This document shows, in pieces, positions 27,390 through 36,704 of a DNA stretch of 60,252 bases. Position 1 is the stretch's first letter. Every line of letters begins with the position of its first letter. The stretch is from a virus (Duplodnaviria; Caudoviricetes), in the IMG/VR virus record IMGVR_UViG_3300028895_000917, positions 1-60,252 of that record. One strand, given 5' to 3'. Below the pieces are notes generated by a model. The model was not told where the DNA came from. It saw only the letters and a program-made list of their open reading frames with translations, and searched no databases. A program made the translations under genes and the position numbers.

Positions 27390-29195
27390 TCAGACCGCTG
27401 TGACGGTAGGTCTCGGGGGTCCGAGCCGGAGCGAGATCATGCCGATGTTGCCGGGGAAGATCACCGTTCCGTTGGCGTTGTTGGGGCTGGCCGTCGCGGT
27501 GGAGGGGTCGAAGACCAAGCTCGTCTCGTCGCCACCCACCGAGGGCCCCTGGACCTCGAGTTCCTCGTCCTCGAGCGCTCCTCCCTGGTATGCGTACAGG
27601 GGGTACCCGACGTTGGCGATGCCGAACCCACCGAGATCGAGGCTGAACACGGTGCCGGTGGAGGTCGTGCCCTTGATGGAGTAGCGGTACGAGCCGCCCG
27701 GCGTGAGGTCGAGGGCTCCCACCGTCTGGACAGACGCCCACGACGTGCCCTGATCGTCCTCGGTGACACCGATCAGGGAGTCGAGGGTGTCGCCGACGAA
27801 AGTGACTGCGGACCCCGAGTCGAGCTGCCAGAACTCGAACCGTTTCTGGTTGGCGACTCCTGGGGCGTGTGCTTGGAACAGGGCCCAGGTGTCCTTGAGC
27901 TGGAGGTCTGCAAGAGTAGGAACCGTGATACCCCAAGCCACGAAGATGTCCTCGATTTCGCTGCCGGGCGGGTAGAGGTCTTGATCGTGGACACCAGGGA
28001 CAGCACCGGCGATGACGGTGTAGTCGCCGTCCTCTTGGTATGGAGCTTCTTGGATGACGAGGCGCACCTCGGTCCCGAAGTTGAAAGCAGCCGTCACAGC
28101 ACCCACGGGGCTCACGGTAGGTGTTGTGCTCCCCGAGGTGCCGTCCGTCAGCCACAAGGTGTTCCCTCCGCCGTCGTCGAAGAGACCGCCGTTGACCGAG
28201 CCGCCACCGAAGAGAGAACTCGTAGCACCGTCCCCGTGCGTCCCGATGAAGATGCGTTCCCCGCCGTTGTAGTAGAAGACCTCGTCAGGGGGGAGCCACT
28301 CACGATGCCAGGTGGCGGGCCCGCTGTCCCCGACGGTCCGGTCGATGTTCACGATGGCTCCCTCGGGGTTGCCGTCGCCGGTGCCTCCTGAAGCCACGGA
28401 CATCCGAACTCCGGTGCCGACGTTGTTGCCTCGGAGGATCTCGAGAGCCACCACGCGGAAAGGGCCAGCAGGGACGGTCGAGGGAAGGACCTGGACCCAG
28501 CCGGTGGTGTTCCCGTTGGTGCTCGAGCCCGACTGCATCTGGGTAGCCCCGAGCGTGCGGCCAAGACCACGACCGTCGTAGTTCGTGAGTGCGTCCTGTG
28601 CGGCGATGACATCCAAGGAGGTGAATTCCCCTTCGACCGTCACCGATCCGTCCCCGTTGTCCGTGACATTGAGGTCGGCGACCAAGTCCATCACGGCTGC
28701 AGCAGCCGTGGCCACTTGGATGCCCGTCCAAGGGCCAGCACCAACCAAGTCCACCCGATGAGCTGTCCCCGCAGCACTCGGCTGGACCCCCACGTCGTTG
28801 ACGGCAAACCAGACGTAGTCTGTCGGAGTGAAGTAGACCGCCGCACCGTACATGGTGTGACCCCCGAGGCCCTGAAAGGAGGGGCCCAGGTCTGTAGATG
28901 CCACTTCGGTGAGTGCTGCGAAGGTGGCGAGCACCGACTCCAGGACAGGGCCGGTGTCCTCCGAGCTCGAGGTGCTTCCGGGAAGAGCCCCGAGTGCCTT
29001 GAGCGTGCCAGACCCTCCCAGCAGGGCGGTACAGATGCCGGCCCCTTGGAGAGCGGAAGGCTGGCGAGTGCGCTCCACGGAGGTGGCTTCCATGGCCCGC
29101 ACCTTGAGCACGTGGTTGAAAGGAACCGAGCGAGCCAAGCTCACGTACGGAACAAGGGGGGTCTTGCGCCCTGGGGGAAGGAGAGGGTTGGTCAT
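27390..29195 (-). CDS. beta-rich putative virion accessory protein with shared N-terminal module
   Basis: 601 aa; NPLLPPGR...RQPSALQGAGI..ALLGG shared with adjacent gene. Confidence 0.7.
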   Translation of the reverse strand: MTNPLLPPGRKTPLVPYVSLARSVPFNHVLKVRAMEATSVERTRQPSALQGAGICTALLGGSGTLKALGALPGSTSSSEDTGPVLESVLATFAALTEVASTDLGPSFQGLGGHTMYGAAVYFTPTDYVWFAVNDVGVQPSAAGTAHRVDLVGAGPWTGIQVATAAAAVMDLVADLNVTDNGDGSVTVEGEFTSLDVIAAQDALTNYDGRGLGRTLGATQMQSGSSTNGNTTGWVQVLPSTVPAGPFRVVALEILRGNNVGTGVRMSVASGGTGDGNPEGAIVNIDRTVGDSGPATWHREWLPPDEVFYYNGGERIFIGTHGDGATSSLFGGGSVNGGLFDDGGGNTLWLTDGTSGSTTPTVSPVGAVTAAFNFGTEVRLVIQEAPYQEDGDYTVIAGAVPGVHDQDLYPPGSEIEDIFVAWGITVPTLADLQLKDTWALFQAHAPGVANQKRFEFWQLDSGSAVTFVGDTLDSLIGVTEDDQGTSWASVQTVGALDLTPGGSYRYSIKGTTSTGTVFSLDLGGFGIANVGYPLYAYQGGALEDEELEVQGPSVGGDETSLVFDPSTATASPNNANGTVIFPGNIGMISLRLGPPRPTVTAV

Positions 29196-29325
29196 GGGAT
29201 CGTCTCTCCTGGGGTTCCCTATAGCCCAGCTACCGAATCAGTCGAACTCGGTGATCCCGTTGAGCCAGTCGTCGATTGCCGCAACGATGCGCTCCTGGAT
29301 CTGAAGCTGCGTCGCCAACGACCAG
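29165..29325. repeat. 161-bp direct repeat, copy A
   Basis: Matches 30605-30765 with 4 mismatches, offset 1440. Confidence 0.95.
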
Positions 29326-30635
29326 TCGAGCACGAGCTCCGAGTCGGGGGGGCCACCGGGGTTGAAGTCGGTGTCGAACGGCACGTTCCCGACTCCCGTG
29401 GCATGACCCCCGTAGATGAGGCTCCCGTCAGGGCTGATGAAGTTGCTCAGCGGGACGGGCAGACCGACAGGGCTGGTGAAGGTGGTGTCGCCACGAGGGT
29501 CGATGCCCCACATCATGTAGCCCCAGGTCCAGGCTGCCACGATCGAGGAGAGCACATTGAAGTGAGTGTTGAAGTTGAAGGGGGCAACGGTCCCTTGGGT
29601 GCGATTCAACCAGCCCCAGTTGCGTCCACCGGGCTGCAAGCTCCCCGAGTGCGTCAGTGTCGCGTAAGCAGGGACGGGCGTATCGACCCCAGAGCCCACA
29701 GTTCCGAAGGCCCCGTACTGGAGCCTCGAGCCCACGTAGTGTTCCGGGACGACCAAGATTCCTTCTGCTTCGAGCTGGCGAGCTCCGAGGACCTGCCGCA
29801 ACAGGAAGTCTTGGACCTGGGTGAGGTCCACGTCAAGGTTCGTCCTGTATCCTTCGTGGGTCATCCGCACGATGCAGGTCGGTGCAGGGCTGATCCGACT
29901 TCCGATCTCCGTGATGATGTCTCGGACGGGCTGGAGGTAGACGGTGTCTGCTCCGCTGCCGGGGACCGTCTCGTCGGCGGCGGTAGGGTCCTCTTGGTTG
30001 AACCCCGACGTCAGGACGACGAAGTCGTAGGTCCCAGGAGGCACGGAGGCGAGCGCGTCGATGGCGTCCAGGGTGCCTGTAGCGCCGGACTCATAGCGCT
30101 GGTCGAAGGCTGGGTACAGTGCCATCCCGGCAAGGGTCATGGCTGGGTAGTAGCCATCGTTGCCGTTGGCGATGGTGCCAGCCAAGATTGGAGGCGGCCC
30201 CAACGTGACGGCTGCTCCCGGAAGGGTCGCGTCCACGTAGTGAGCCATGCTCGGGACGACCGCGAACTGCTGGGTGTAAGAGTTGCCGACGAAGGAGACC
30301 GTAGAGGTCCCAGTGAACAGAGGAGGATCCGGTTCTGGCTCCGGGTCAGGAGGGGGAGCTTCTTCGACAGGAGTCGGATCGGGACGGTAGAGGTGCTTGG
30401 CCACTGGCGCGAGAGCCCCGTGAGCCCGAAGGGTGGTCATCCCCTTCTGGCCGCCGAGGAGTGCGCTCGAGATCCCAGCACCTTGCAGAGCCGAAGGTTG
30501 CCGGCGCCGGTTGTCCAGATCGACTTCGTTGGCATCCACGACAGGAGAAGGGACCGACCGTCGAGGGCGTCGTGTCGCGGCCACGAAAGCTGCGATCGGT
30601 CGAGTGCGCCCTGGGGGAAGGAGAGGGTTGGCCAT
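29238..30635 (-). CDS. SGNH-type esterase-like protein with shared N-terminal module
   Basis: VSFVGNSYT, YDFVVL, late H followed by SIVAAWTW...G; Pro/Glu linker. Confidence 0.65.
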   Translation of the reverse strand: MANPLLPPGRTRPIAAFVAATRRPRRSVPSPVVDANEVDLDNRRRQPSALQGAGISSALLGGQKGMTTLRAHGALAPVAKHLYRPDPTPVEEAPPPDPEPEPDPPLFTGTSTVSFVGNSYTQQFAVVPSMAHYVDATLPGAAVTLGPPPILAGTIANGNDGYYPAMTLAGMALYPAFDQRYESGATGTLDAIDALASVPPGTYDFVVLTSGFNQEDPTAADETVPGSGADTVYLQPVRDIITEIGSRISPAPTCIVRMTHEGYRTNLDVDLTQVQDFLLRQVLGARQLEAEGILVVPEHYVGSRLQYGAFGTVGSGVDTPVPAYATLTHSGSLQPGGRNWGWLNRTQGTVAPFNFNTHFNVLSSIVAAWTWGYMMWGIDPRGDTTFTSPVGLPVPLSNFISPDGSLIYGGHATGVGNVPFDTDFNPGGPPDSELVLDWSLATQLQIQERIVAAIDDWLNGITEFD

Positions 30636-30765
30636 GGGATCGTCTCTCCTGGGGTTCCCTATAGCCCAGCCACCGAATCAGTCGAACTCGGTGGTCCCGT
30701 TGAGCCAGTCGTCGATTGCCGCGACGATGCGCTCCTGGATCTGAAGCTGCGTCGCCAACGACCAG
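30605..30765. repeat. 161-bp direct repeat, copy B
   Basis: Contains orphan copy of the last 28 codons and stop of 29238-30635, the promoter motif and a gene start. Confidence 0.95.
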
Positions 30766-30981
30766 GGGGTCTCTGCGGATCGCTACGACATGGTGCTGAT
30801 GGCTGCGGCTTTCAGCAACCACAACGCGGACACGGCTCTCTGTCGGGCCACCAAGGCTGAGGGGCTCCCGTACAGCCGGGTGCAGAAGGGCCGCCTGGCC
30901 TCGACCATCCGAGCCATCGGGCGCGTCTACAAGGTCCAGACGAGCGACGTGGATCAAACGAACGTCGCCCACGCTGGGTGA
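30766..30981 (+). pseudogene. 3' remnant of DUF2325-like gene
   Basis: RYDMVLMAAAFSNH...RATKAEGLPYSRV resembles the DUF2325 C-terminal pattern; no RBS; begins at repeat boundary. Confidence 0.45.
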
Positions 30982-31355
30982 ACGTGAAAAGGGACGGCCG
31001 GTAGGATCTCCGTTTGAGAGATCTCTTCCGTGGAAACCGTCCCTTTGCAGCGCAACCTCACGAAGATCGCGGCCATAGCGGCTTCAACGAGCGGTCAGAG
31101 TGCGTAGAACAACCGACGCCTTCTGACCAGCTCGGTATTCCGCAAATGGTCACGCCTTCTTTACGTTCCGGTGCTATTCAATGTTCTTGCGCGAAAATGT
31201 CCACGTTTACGCCCACCGCAGCGGGGGGTTCATCAGCGACCAGCTTGCGCTCCGGATCGTCTTTTTCATGATCTTTTGTCTTATCGCGGGACAACTCTTC
31301 GGGGCTTCGGGTTGTGACCCCTCCCGCCTTCGCGACCCCAACCAGGAACCACTCC

Positions 31356-32711
31356 ATGAACAGTAAAAAGCAGTTTTCCGTGTTCGCTCTGATGAGCTTG
31401 GCGTTTCTGCTCTTCGTCGCCGGCATGGCCGGAGATCCCAACAGTGAGGCCGTCACAGACTCCCTGTCTGTGGCTCCTGACGACGAAGACCTGAACCGCC
31501 CGAGCTCCGAAGAGCTTGCCCCGGAACCTGAACAGGAGGAGCTGGCCGCTCCAGAGGCGACCTCCGTAGCTCCTCCGCCCAGCAACCCTTGGGTCGGCTA
31601 CCCGAACGTCTGCGAGACGTTCAAGGTCATCCAGGGTAGCAAGCGGGTGAAAGGCAAAAAGGGGCACCACTACCCTGTGAGCTACAAGCGGAACCGTTAC
31701 GTCCGCACCAGGGAAGACAAGGCCCGGACCCGCAAGCTCGTCGAGCTTGTTGCCAAGGAGATGGGCGTCGCGGAGCCGGATTTCTTTGTCGCGTTCGCGT
31801 TGCACGAAAGCACGTGGAACCCTGAAGCGATCCACATCCTCAACCCCGACCGACAAGCGAACCAGCGGGCCTGGGAGCGGCACTCCTACAACCGCACCAA
31901 GGAGCTCGAGCTCGAGACGAAGATGCAGAACACCAGTGCTCAGGACAAGAAGTACTGGCACTACAAGGCTCAGCTCGCTGACGTTCGTCTCTACAAGGGG
32001 AACACACACTGGGACGACCGTCTTCAGTACGATTTCGTCATCCCTGGCCGCACAGTCCGTGTGGACGGTGAGGAGACGGAAATCCCGACCAAGGTGATCC
32101 AGGAGTCCCGCAACGTGTGGGCACTCGGATACGGGCTCTACGGCATGTACGCCGTGGGTTACGTGCACATCTGGGATCGTGAAGCTCCTCCGTGGATCCT
32201 GTGCGCAGATGAAGGCATCATTGCCACAGTCATCCAGGTTTGGGCGGCTCGCAATGCTGTCAGTGAGTGTGACAGCCTGACCAAAAAGAACCCCGAAAAG
32301 TGGGGTCACGATGGCGGTACCTACGAGGGTGTTGTTCGTCGTTTGGGTCGTGGTCACTGTGGCGATCAGCGCCTTGGCAAAGTTTGGCAGCGGCTGATGA
32401 AGCAGTACGACGGTGTCCCCTGGGACCAGCACGCGGACTTCGGCGACAAGTGGCCACGCTACGAGATGAAGAAGCGACGCGGAGAGTGGGTGTACGAGAG
32501 GGACGCCAACGGGAACAAGATCCCGACCGATCGTGAGGCGATCCTCGCTCACATGCTCAAGCGCGCCGAAGAGGAAGGTCTTTTGCGAGACACGCCTCTT
32601 CAACGCAAGGTGCCGAACTCCAAACCTGTGGTCATCCCTGGCCACAAGCCGACAGAGCCGCAACAAAGCTCTTCGCACGTTGGTGGCGGTAACGCTGCTG
32701 CCGCTCCGTAG
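31356..32711 (+). CDS. membrane-anchored lytic transglycosylase/lysozyme-like protein
   Basis: N-terminal TM; AFALHESTWNPEA (SLT motif I-like) and GYGLYGM (motif II-like) separated by a long insert. Confidence 0.55.
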   Translation: MNSKKQFSVFALMSLAFLLFVAGMAGDPNSEAVTDSLSVAPDDEDLNRPSSEELAPEPEQEELAAPEATSVAPPPSNPWVGYPNVCETFKVIQGSKRVKGKKGHHYPVSYKRNRYVRTREDKARTRKLVELVAKEMGVAEPDFFVAFALHESTWNPEAIHILNPDRQANQRAWERHSYNRTKELELETKMQNTSAQDKKYWHYKAQLADVRLYKGNTHWDDRLQYDFVIPGRTVRVDGEETEIPTKVIQESRNVWALGYGLYGMYAVGYVHIWDREAPPWILCADEGIIATVIQVWAARNAVSECDSLTKKNPEKWGHDGGTYEGVVRRLGRGHCGDQRLGKVWQRLMKQYDGVPWDQHADFGDKWPRYEMKKRRGEWVYERDANGNKIPTDREAILAHMLKRAEEEGLLRDTPLQRKVPNSKPVVIPGHKPTEPQQSSSHVGGGNAAAAP

Positions 32712-32732
32712 AGGGCTTCTCTCGGTAGAGTG

Positions 32733-32766
32733 AAAGGGACGGTCTTCGGGCCGTCCCTTTCCTTTT
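32733..32766 (+). terminator. intrinsic terminator with C(UUCG)G loop
   Basis: AAAGGGACGGTC-TTCG-GGCCGTCCCTTT then CCTTTT. Confidence 0.75.
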
Positions 32767-32775
32767 GGAGACGGC

Positions 32776-33462
32776 ATGTACACCTCCCCCAACGGCGACA
32801 CCTGCACCCTCATCGCAATCGAAGGCCCCGACCGCGTCGGCAAACACACTCAAGCCCGGATGCTTGGGAACGCCCTGTTCGGGAAGGGCCCCCACGGAGA
32901 TCAGCCAGTCGAAAAAGACACGCCTTGGTGGGCCAATAAAGTCTACGAGGTGCCTTGGAACGACGGTCCTCTGTACCAAGAGATCTACGCCATGCTCAGA
33001 GACCGCTCGGCGTTTGAGTTCCCGGTCGCGTTTCAGACGCTGCACGCCGCCAACCGGCGTGTCTTCCAGGCCCATGAGCTTCCTGCTTTTGCCGGCTGGG
33101 CCGACGTGGCGATCCTCGATCGTTGGACTTTGTCCACTCGCGTGTATGGGGCCTGCGATGGTGTCCCGGTTGAGGTCACGAACCGTATTTTGAAGGGTGT
33201 CGTCGAGCCCGACCTCACTCTCGTCTTCGATGGCGACCCCTTCCCGAAGGAAGACCTGGATGCCTACGAGGCCAACACCGAGTTTCAGAAGAAGGTCCGT
33301 GCCGAGTACATGAAGTGGTGTGAACGGGACCCGTCGAAGTACGTGAAAATCAAGGTGGACCGGCCGGCGGAAGAGCTTCACACCAAGGTTCTTGCTCGAG
33401 TTCTCGAGGTGATTGGGGATCCGACGGGCTACGGTAGTGGTCCTATGCTCGACAGTCGATAG
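32776..33462 (+). CDS. tmk: thymidylate kinase-like protein
   Basis: IAIEGPDRVGKHTQ P-loop, ILDRW, EPDLT, YE...FQKKVR. Confidence 0.8.
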   Translation: MYTSPNGDTCTLIAIEGPDRVGKHTQARMLGNALFGKGPHGDQPVEKDTPWWANKVYEVPWNDGPLYQEIYAMLRDRSAFEFPVAFQTLHAANRRVFQAHELPAFAGWADVAILDRWTLSTRVYGACDGVPVEVTNRILKGVVEPDLTLVFDGDPFPKEDLDAYEANTEFQKKVRAEYMKWCERDPSKYVKIKVDRPAEELHTKVLARVLEVIGDPTGYGSGPMLDSR

Positions 33463-33463
33463 A
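33435..33463 (+). promoter_or_regulatory. CTAT-class putative late promoter inside tmk 3' end
   Basis: TAGT-ggtc-CTAT-N13-TAG before endolysin-like gene. Confidence 0.45.
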
Positions 33464-33471
33464 GGCATCGC

Positions 33472-34785
33472 ATGAAGCTCTTCGAGTTCCTTCTCAACCT
33501 GCTTCGTTCTTTGTTCGGCGGTAAATCCAAGCCGAACAAAGAACTTCCTCCGGCAGCGGAAGAGCCGACGCCAACGCCGGAACCCGAGCCTGAGCCTGAG
33601 CCTGAGCCCGCTCCTGAGCCCGCTCCTGAGCCCGAGGACCAGCCGGAAGAGGAGTTTGACGACCCCGAGTACAACGTCGAGGAAGTCACTGAGGACGACG
33701 AAACCGAGCGTGAGCCCCTCGACGAAGAGGACGAGCCCGAGGAGGAGGTCGTTGTCGAGCTCGAGCTCAAGATGCTTCCGCTGGACTCCTGGAAGGAGCG
33801 TCAGCAGGCTTTGGTGGACCTGGGCTTCAACCCAGGCAAGGTCGACGGCATCCCTGGCCGCAAGACCAGCGCCGCGATGAGGCGCGCTGAGAAGGAGTAC
33901 GGACTCGAGCAAGATGGTGAGTGGGACTTTGAGCTTCATCAAGCCATCTCGGACGCCCTCAAAGAGAAGGGCAAGCCCAAACTCAAGCCGATGCCGATCG
34001 TACCTCCGCCCAGCGGAGAGTACGAGGACATGCTTGACCCGTCCGAGTACGAGCTCGACGACGTTTTCTTCGCGTCCTTCATCGATTTGACCCACAAGTC
34101 CAACGTGGTGAAAAACGGTAGCCGTCGCCGCAAAGGGCGTCGTCGTTGGTCACGGCTGACTCGGTTCTGTTGGCATCAGACCGCATTCGTGTGGCGCCCG
34201 TATCGCGAGAGCAAGCGTCTCGGGAAGCACACGGGCCATCACCGGATGAACGCCCACATGTGCTTCGACCGTGATGGCACGATCCTGCTGATCCACAACT
34301 TCTTCTACTACTTGTGGACTGCCAACGCTTTCAACCCCGACTGCATCTCCATCGAGGTACTCGGCAACTTCGAGGGTATCCAGGGCAGCGGCAAGTGGTA
34401 CAAGGGCGACAAGTTCGGTCGAGCTCGCCCGACCCGGATGCAGCTCATCCGTTGTCGCCAGTTCACGATTTGGATGCACAACCCCGAGCTCGGCCCCGAG
34501 GACGACAAGCTGCCCAAGCCTCTGCTCGAGTGGCGCCTGCACTGCCGCAAGGAAGGTAACCCCCTCAAGTGGGTCAACACCCACCGCGAGTCGGCCGACC
34601 AGCGCAACGGCGACTGCGGCTCGGAGCTCTGGTACCACCTGTGCGAGTGGGCCTACTGGTACTTCAGCGGTGACCTCACCCAAGGACCCAAGAAGGGGAA
34701 GGGCAAGGACATCCCGGCCGTGTGGCGAGCCAAGCCGCCGGCCCCTCCGCTGCCTCTCGACACGGGTGAGGACGAAGCCGCGTAG
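33472..34785 (+). CDS. endolysin-like: PG-binding domain plus N-acetylmuramoyl-L-alanine amidase
   Basis: QQALVDLGFNPGKVDGIPGRKT...GLEQDG (PG_binding_1); WHQTA, AH...DGTI, SIEV, HRE, DC (Amidase_2-like). Confidence 0.8.
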   Translation: MKLFEFLLNLLRSLFGGKSKPNKELPPAAEEPTPTPEPEPEPEPEPAPEPAPEPEDQPEEEFDDPEYNVEEVTEDDETEREPLDEEDEPEEEVVVELELKMLPLDSWKERQQALVDLGFNPGKVDGIPGRKTSAAMRRAEKEYGLEQDGEWDFELHQAISDALKEKGKPKLKPMPIVPPPSGEYEDMLDPSEYELDDVFFASFIDLTHKSNVVKNGSRRRKGRRRWSRLTRFCWHQTAFVWRPYRESKRLGKHTGHHRMNAHMCFDRDGTILLIHNFFYYLWTANAFNPDCISIEVLGNFEGIQGSGKWYKGDKFGRARPTRMQLIRCRQFTIWMHNPELGPEDDKLPKPLLEWRLHCRKEGNPLKWVNTHRESADQRNGDCGSELWYHLCEWAYWYFSGDLTQGPKKGKGKDIPAVWRAKPPAPPLPLDTGEDEAA

Positions 34786-34793
34786 AGTACGGG

Positions 34794-35219
34794 GTGGAGT
34801 TCGTCATCGTAGAAAGTCCCTTCGCCACGAGCAGCCTCGTCTTCAAGGACGGACGGGGCTGTGTCATCGAGGAAGCCGACAACGTGGCGTACGCTCGCGC
34901 GTGTCTCCACGATTGCCTGGTGAACTACGGAGAGGCTCCGTACGCCTCGCACCTCCTCTACACGCAGCCGGGCATTCTGGACGACACGGTGCCCGAGGAG
35001 CGCAAGCTGGGCATTGAGGCTGGGCTCGAGCTCGGGCGTCACGCGGTTCGTCGAATCTTCTACATCGATCGTGGAATTTCGAAGGGCATGAAGTGGGGTT
35101 GGAAGTTCGGAGACGAGATCGAACAGCCCTGCGAAATTCGCGTTCTTGGAGGTGAATGGGATCTCGGATGGGCACAGCAATGGTCTGAGGACGAGATCCA
35201 AGCGATGTTGCGCGGCTGA
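34794..35219 (+). CDS. nucleoside deoxyribosyltransferase-like fold protein
   Basis: VIVESPFA...NVAYARAC...EAPYASHLLYTQ..LDD...ERKLGI...GISKGM, a common phage family. Confidence 0.6.
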   Translation: MEFVIVESPFATSSLVFKDGRGCVIEEADNVAYARACLHDCLVNYGEAPYASHLLYTQPGILDDTVPEERKLGIEAGLELGRHAVRRIFYIDRGISKGMKWGWKFGDEIEQPCEIRVLGGEWDLGWAQQWSEDEIQAMLRG

Positions 35220-35226
35220 CGCCCGG

Positions 35227-35258
35227 TTATGGGCCTATCACGGTCCCTTTTGTAGATG
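35227..35258 (+). promoter_or_regulatory. CTAT-class putative late promoter, leaderless
   Basis: TTAT-gggc-CTAT-N14-TAG directly followed by ATG. Confidence 0.6.
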
Positions 35259-35876
35259 GCTGAGCCGACCGTCAAAACCGCTGTGGTGTTCCGGCCCAAG
35301 CGGGACTGGAAACCCAAAAAGCGGGACCGCAACATCACGCGCCGCAAGAAGCGCAAGAAGTGGTGGCGTCGGAACAAGCACAAGGTGAAGCTCCGGCGCA
35401 AGAAGCGTCAGCGGATGCTCAAACACAACTCCCTGTTCAAACAGTGGAGGAAGAAGCGACAGAAGGAAAAGCAGAGGCGCCGGATGCGTTTCGGTTCCGA
35501 GGAAGCTCCCACTCTGCCGCAGAGTTGGTTTGTTTTCCGCGACGATGTCGAGGAGGGAAAGCCCATCGACATCGATATGGGGTACATCGTGGACTACGAC
35601 CCCGACACCGAGGATCTGCTGATCTACGACGTGGATACGGACGAGGAGAAGGTCGTCAGTCTTGATGACTTCCTGACCCACAGCGAGTTCCTCGAGGAGG
35701 CTGACCTCCACAACTTCGAGCTCATTTTGGATCAGTACTACGGTGGTCCCGAGGATGACCTTGAGATCGTCGATGACGAAGATGAAGCTCCTCGCATGGA
35801 GTTCGAAGTAGACATGGATGAGTTTGCTCGGAAGGTCGCCCACACCTGGCTGCTTCGGTTGGCCGAGGAGGACTAG
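35256..35876 (+). CDS. charge-bipolar protein (very basic N half, very acidic C half)
   Basis: Composition visible in translation. Confidence 0.7.
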   Translation: MAEPTVKTAVVFRPKRDWKPKKRDRNITRRKKRKKWWRRNKHKVKLRRKKRQRMLKHNSLFKQWRKKRQKEKQRRRMRFGSEEAPTLPQSWFVFRDDVEEGKPIDIDMGYIVDYDPDTEDLLIYDVDTDEEKVVSLDDFLTHSEFLEEADLHNFELILDQYYGGPEDDLEIVDDEDEAPRMEFEVDMDEFARKVAHTWLLRLAEED

Positions 35877-35879
35877 ACG

Positions 35880-36704
35880 GTGGCGGACCCGAACTCAGCC
35901 GAACGCGCCACACTCTATCTGGGTCGAGCCCAGCAGGGTACCGTGTTCAACCGCGAGTTCAACTTCTACCCGGGAAGTGCCACGGTTCCAAACAGCTTCA
36001 CAGGGAACCAGGCGCTCGGCGCAACCTCGGGAGGGCCAGGCGCCTTCATCATCAACGGCATCGGCCCTGCTCTCGTAGGTGAAGCGTGCGATGAGCCAGT
36101 CATCCTCGTCACCAACGTCGTCTTCGGCGACGACAACGTGTTCATCTTCATCGAGATGAGCAACGTCTCGCCGACGGACACCTTCATCATCTTCAACGCG
36201 AACGGCGATGCTTTCAAAGCGTCCAACGTGTCGCCCTCGGGCGGGAACTGGGTGCTCACCTTTCCGGACTCAGCGCTGTTGCCCTCCGGTTCTTATGCGC
36301 TCAAGGTCATCCGGGAAGGCGACCTCGACTGTTTCGACATCGAGTACAATGTCTTCAACATCGCGGGAGCTGTGTGCGCCATCGATGCGGGTGCGTGGAC
36401 TTTTTCCGGTGGCGTCCCCTTCCCGCCTGTCGTGTTCCCAAACCCTCGAGCCACTCAGATTGTAGGGAGCGGGTTCACGACGTGCATGATCAGCGTGCAG
36501 GTCAACCTCCTGGTCTCGGTGGGCCCGAGCCCTGGCACGCTTCCTGTCATTGGTCTGACGGTGATCAACGACAACCTTCTCACCTTCACTGTCGATGGTA
36601 CGACAGCCGGCGTTCCCTCAACGTATGAGGCGGTCGTCATCTGCGACGATGTTCCAGGTTGTCAGGACACCGCCGACAATTTCATCTCCTGGGGCTTTGC
36701 ATGA
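35880..36704 (+). CDS. beta-rich putative structural protein
   Basis: Ig/IPT-like pattern (IVGSGF, YEAVV); cotranscribed from CTAT motif. Confidence 0.55.
   Translation: MADPNSAERATLYLGRAQQGTVFNREFNFYPGSATVPNSFTGNQALGATSGGPGAFIINGIGPALVGEACDEPVILVTNVVFGDDNVFIFIEMSNVSPTDTFIIFNANGDAFKASNVSPSGGNWVLTFPDSALLPSGSYALKVIREGDLDCFDIEYNVFNIAGAVCAIDAGAWTFSGGVPFPPVVFPNPRATQIVGSGFTTCMISVQVNLLVSVGPSPGTLPVIGLTVINDNLLTFTVDGTTAGVPSTYEAVVICDDVPGCQDTADNFISWGFA

Noticed and set aside
29165-30765. Diversity-generating retroelement TR/VR pair
   Set aside because: The four mismatches are two T/C and two A/G on one strand, so they are not adenine-specific on a single template; the repeat includes promoter and start; no reverse transcriptase in the window
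31181-31366. 61-aa ORF with a hydrophobic stretch
   Set aside because: No RBS, atypical codons, overlaps the next gene's start region; unsupported
33560-33640. GAGCCT/GAGCCC DNA repeat as a separate element
   Set aside because: Explained by the Pro-Glu linker codons of the endolysin
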